Translations under genes and position numbers: made by a program
In this document: positions 28,632-32,000 of the stretch, piece by piece
Layout: every line of letters begins with the position of its first letter
Numbering within the stretch: the stretch's first letter is position 1
Assembly (NCBI RefSeq): GCF_014252415.1
Contig: NZ_CP059223.1
Location: 120,001-152,000 of the forward strand
DNA from: Candidatus Saccharimonadota bacterium
GTDB lineage: Bacteria; Bacteroidota; Bacteroidia; Flavobacteriales; Blattabacteriaceae
Reading direction: 5' to 3'
DNA: 32,000 nt
Notes under the pieces: model-generated
What the model was told of the DNA's origin: nothing
Seen by the model: the letters and a program-made list of their open reading frames with translations, nothing else
Databases searched by the model: none

Positions 28632-29369
28632 ATGAATCAAAATAGTTTTATCATAAAAAAAAGTGTATTTTCAGAAGGAAAAACTAAAAAAATATATTTA
28701 ACTAATGATCCTTTTAAAATAATTGTTCATCATAAAGATAATTTAACAGCTTTAAATGGATTAAAAAAAATTTTTCTATTAGATAAAGGAATATTAAATA
28801 ATGAAATCACTACATTAATATTTAGATTTCTTCATTCATCTGGAATAAAAACTCACTTTATTCAAAAAATAAATAATAGAGAACAACTTTGTCATAAAGT
28901 ACAAATAATTCCTTTAGAATTTGTAATAAGAAATGTGGTTACTGGAAGTTTGTCTAATCGTTTAGGAATTAAAGAAGAAAAAATAATACCAAATGGGATT
29001 ATTGAAATTTTTTACAAAAATGATACTTTAGAAGATCCACTTATAAATGATAATCATGCTGTATTTTTAGGAATTATTTCTTATGAAGAACTAAATTATA
29101 TTTATTCAATTGTAAAAAATATAAATAATTTATTAAAAATATATTTTTTAAATAAGAATATTATATTAGTAGATTTTAAAATAGAATTTGGTAGAAGTCA
29201 TAAAAATGAAATATTATTATCTGACGAAATTAGTCCTGATACCTGTAGATTTTGGGATAAAAAAACAATGAAAAAATTAGATAAAGATTTATTTCGACTG
29301 GAATCACAAAAAAAGGATAAAATATTTGATTCTTATATGGAAGTCTTAAAAAGATTAAATCAAGAATAA
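28632..29369 (+). CDS. purC: SAICAR synthetase
   Basis: EGKTKKIY, PLEFVIRN.VTGS, LVDFKIEFG and LSDEISPDTCRFWD. Confidence 0.92.
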   Translation: MNQNSFIIKKSVFSEGKTKKIYLTNDPFKIIVHHKDNLTALNGLKKIFLLDKGILNNEITTLIFRFLHSSGIKTHFIQKINNREQLCHKVQIIPLEFVIRNVVTGSLSNRLGIKEEKIIPNGIIEIFYKNDTLEDPLINDNHAVFLGIISYEELNYIYSIVKNINNLLKIYFLNKNIILVDFKIEFGRSHKNEILLSDEISPDTCRFWDKKTMKKLDKDLFRLESQKKDKIFDSYMEVLKRLNQE

Positions 29370-29446
29370 TTTTTATCAATGTGAAAAAAATTAATTAACG
29401 AATAATACAATATATTAAATAGTAAATCTAATAAATCATTTTTTAT

Positions 29447-30835
29447 TTGGATAAATTTCATGAAGAATGTGGGGTATTTGGAATATATTCCTCATTAAAA
29501 ATAGATATTTTTTCGTTTATTCAATCGGGCTTATTTTCTTTGCAACACAGAGGCCAAGAAGCATGTGGTTTTTCTATATTAAAAAATGGATTTATTTTTA
29601 CTTATAAGAGTGAAGGATTAGTTTTAGATTTTTTTCAGAAAATATCAAATTATAAAAAATATTGTAATGGAAATGCAGCAATTGGACATACTCGTTATTC
29701 CACAGAAGGAGGAAAAAATAAAAAAAATATCCAACCATTTTTTGGAAAAAATTTATGTGGAAAAACTATTATATCTATAGTTCATAATGGAAACTTAATT
29801 AATGCAAGAAATACAAGAAAAAAATTAGAATATGAGGGAATAAATTTTGTTTCTGCATATTCAGATTCAGAAGTAATATTACGTCTCATTCAAAAAAATT
29901 TATTAGAAAATAATAATAATTTAGAGAAATCTATAAAAAAAACAGTTCTTAAAATTAGAGGAGCATATTCGGTAGTTGTTTTAGTTAATAATAAAATAGC
30001 AGCATTTAGAGATCCTAATGGGATTAGACCTTTATGCTATGGATTTTTAGATGAAAAAACTTATATATTTAGTTCTGAAACATGTGGGATTGACGCTGTA
30101 GGAGGAACTTATATTAGAGATTTATTTCCAGGAGAAATTATAATAATTGATAATGATTCAATTCAATTCTCAATGATGAATAAGATGGAAAATCTAAAAA
30201 ATAGAATGTGTTCTTTTGAATATATTTATTTTTCTAGACCAGATTCTTTAATTGATAATTTAAATGTTTATAAAATTCGTGAAAAAAGTGGAGAAAAATT
30301 ATACGAACAATATCCTGTAAACGCAGATGTAGTCATTGGAGTACCAGATTCTGGGGTTCCAGCTTCTATAGGATATGCTAAAGCATCTGGAATACCTTTT
30401 AAACCTATTCTAATAAAGAATAAATATATAGGTAGATCTTTTATTTTACCTGAAAAAAAAATTCGTGAAAAAATGGTTAATTTAAAATTAAATCCTATTT
30501 TACACGAAATAAAAGGAAAACGTATTGTTATTGTTGATGATTCTATTGTTCGTGGAACAACTAGTAAAAGATTAATTGATATATTAAAAAAATCAGGTGC
30601 TAAGGAAATTCATTTCCGTAGTGCTTCCCCTCCAATTATTGCTCCTTGTCATCTTGGGGTAAATACTCCAAGAAAAAAAGATTTATTTTCATATAAAAAT
30701 ATTGATAAAAATAATATAAAAATAATATTAGATGTAGATAGTTTAGAATTTTTAAGTATGGATAATTTAATAGAAATATTGGGGGGAAAAAATTACTGTT
30801 TTGGATGTTTTACGGAAAAATATCCAATTTCATAA
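29447..30835 (+). CDS. purF: Amidophosphoribosyltransferase (TTG start; short propeptide before the Ntn Cys; 4-Cys Fe-S type)
   Basis: MDKFHEE then CGVFGI, RGQEACG, IGHTRYST.G, and the PRPP loop IVIVDDSIVRGTT. Cys residues in MCSFEY, APCH and YCFGCF fit the Bacillus-type [4Fe-4S] ligand pattern. Confidence 0.93.
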   Translation: MDKFHEECGVFGIYSSLKIDIFSFIQSGLFSLQHRGQEACGFSILKNGFIFTYKSEGLVLDFFQKISNYKKYCNGNAAIGHTRYSTEGGKNKKNIQPFFGKNLCGKTIISIVHNGNLINARNTRKKLEYEGINFVSAYSDSEVILRLIQKNLLENNNNLEKSIKKTVLKIRGAYSVVVLVNNKIAAFRDPNGIRPLCYGFLDEKTYIFSSETCGIDAVGGTYIRDLFPGEIIIIDNDSIQFSMMNKMENLKNRMCSFEYIYFSRPDSLIDNLNVYKIREKSGEKLYEQYPVNADVVIGVPDSGVPASIGYAKASGIPFKPILIKNKYIGRSFILPEKKIREKMVNLKLNPILHEIKGKRIVIVDDSIVRGTTSKRLIDILKKSGAKEIHFRSASPPIIAPCHLGVNTPRKKDLFSYKNIDKNNIKIILDVDSLEFLSMDNLIEILGGKNYCFGCFTEKYPIS

Positions 30836-30875
30836 TGTTATTTTTATTTATTAATTGTATTGATATTTAATTTTT

Positions 30876-31853
30876 ATGAAAATAAATAATTTTACATATA
30901 AAATTAGTAAAATTTTAAAAAAAACTTATAATAAAAGAGTACTAAGTACTTTAAATCATTTTTCAGGATTTTATAAAATATATAATAAATATAAAAATCC
31001 CATTCTTGTTTCTGGGACAGATGGTGTTGGAACAAAAATTTGTTTATCTATAAATTTTAAAAAATATGATGTAATAGGAATAGATTGTTTTGCGATGTGT
31101 ATAAATGATATTTTATGTCATGGGGCTAATCCGTTATTTTTTTTAGATTATTTGGCATGTAATAAAATTAATTCTTTTATTATAGAAAAAATTATTGAAG
31201 GAATGGCTATTTCATGTAAAGATAATCATACGTGTTTCATTGGTGGAGAAACAGCTGAAATGCCAGATTTATATCCTAAAAATTTATATGATATTGCAGG
31301 ATTTTGTGTTGGAATAGTAGATCAAAATAATCTTATTGATGGAAAGAAACTAATTAAAGAAAATGATGTTATAATAGGATTTAAATCTTCAGGAATTCAT
31401 AGTAATGGTTTTTCTATTATTAAAAATATTTTTTCTGAAAGTGATTTAAAAAAATGTTTTTTTGATAAAAGTCCTTTTTATGAAAAACTTTTGATTCCGA
31501 CTAAAATTTATTACAAATTAATTAATTTCTTATTAAAAAATATTTCTATACATGGAATTGCACATATTACTGGAGGGGGGATTTTAGATAACTTATCTAG
31601 AATCATTCCTGAAAATTTATCTGCCGTAATTAATAAAAAAAAAATTCCTATTCAATCTATTTTTCATTTTATACAAAAAAAAGGTAATTTATCGGATAAA
31701 TTAATGTGGGGGACTTTTAATATGGGATTAGGTATGATAATTATAGTATCTTCAAAAGAAGAAAATTTTTTAAAAAAAATTAGTCTTTTAGATAAACCAT
31801 ATTTTATAGGTAATATTGTAAAAAGAAAAAAGGAAAAAATTTATTTGATATAA
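30876..31853 (+). CDS. purM: Phosphoribosylaminoimidazole (AIR) synthetase
   Basis: LVSGTDGVGTK, IDCFAMCINDI, PLFFLDY, GGETAEMP, SSGIHSNGFS and AHITGGG. Confidence 0.92.
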   Translation: MKINNFTYKISKILKKTYNKRVLSTLNHFSGFYKIYNKYKNPILVSGTDGVGTKICLSINFKKYDVIGIDCFAMCINDILCHGANPLFFLDYLACNKINSFIIEKIIEGMAISCKDNHTCFIGGETAEMPDLYPKNLYDIAGFCVGIVDQNNLIDGKKLIKENDVIIGFKSSGIHSNGFSIIKNIFSESDLKKCFFDKSPFYEKLLIPTKIYYKLINFLLKNISIHGIAHITGGGILDNLSRIIPENLSAVINKKKIPIQSIFHFIQKKGNLSDKLMWGTFNMGLGMIIIVSSKEENFLKKISLLDKPYFIGNIVKRKKEKIYLI

Positions 31854-31862
31854 GAATTTTTT

Positions 31863-32000
31863 ATGAAAAAATTAATTTTTTTAGTATCTGGAAATGGAAC
31901 TAATATGATGCATATTATAAATGCTATTAAAAATAATATATTGGATAATTGTAAGATAATATTAGTTATTTCTGATAGAAATTGTAAGGCTTTACAATAC
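31863..32000 (+). CDS. purN: Phosphoribosylglycinamide formyltransferase, 5' part (truncated by the window end)
   Basis: The N-terminus MKKLIFLVSGNGTNMMHIINAI...IILVISD matches the PurN GxGSN-type start. It sits at the end of the pur array. Confidence 0.8.
   Translation, partial: MKKLIFLVSGNGTNMMHIINAIKNNILDNCKIILVISDRNCKALQY

Noticed and set aside
1-32000. Search for CRISPR arrays, transposases or IS ends, integrases, phage genes, toxin-antitoxin or defence systems, rRNA, and a compositional island.
   Set aside because: None was found. Every ORF over 140 aa is a recognisable housekeeping or metabolic gene. The only repeats are homopolymers, an (AT)9 tract and the 15-bp rplY repeat. The only GC-richer patch is the tRNA. 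I see no support for a novel multi-gene system in this window.

Overview
This is an extremely AT-rich, gene-dense window with about 30 genes, very short spacers and no visible Shine-Dalgarno sequences. It reads like the chromosome of a genome-reduced flavobacterial insect endosymbiont. A fused ureAB plus ureC urease alongside near-complete nucleotide and amino-acid biosynthesis fits Blattabacterium (cockroach endosymbiont) best; that is inference from gene content and protein motifs, not a database match. Pyrimidine genes: pyrD, a fused pyrE-pyrF, thyA, and a frameshifted dCMP deaminase that the ORF track misses. Other genes in order: a MarC-family protein, fbp, plsC, rnhA, a TrmH-family methyltransferase, tRNA-Leu(CAA), ureC/ureAB, thrA, prs, L25/Ctc, tadA, a DedA-family protein, aroB, gyrA, surE and ruvB. 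A same-strand purine array follows: purA-purB-purL-purE-purC-purF-purM-purN (purN is cut by the window end). I found no mobile elements, CRISPR, rRNA, defence or toxin genes, or horizontally acquired islands, and no evidence for a novel multi-gene system. This looks like ordinary housekeeping endosymbiont DNA. The points most worth a second look are: (1) the dCMP deaminase broken at an A11 tract, a candidate for rescue by transcriptional slippage; (2) the eukaryote-like UMP-synthase-type pyrE-pyrF fusion; (3) an unannotated 39-aa hydrophobic ORF upstream of aroB; (4) urease structural genes with no adjacent accessory genes; (5) Ile at the Ser83-equivalent position of GyrA; (6) many A/T homopolymers of 10 nt or more inside intact genes.
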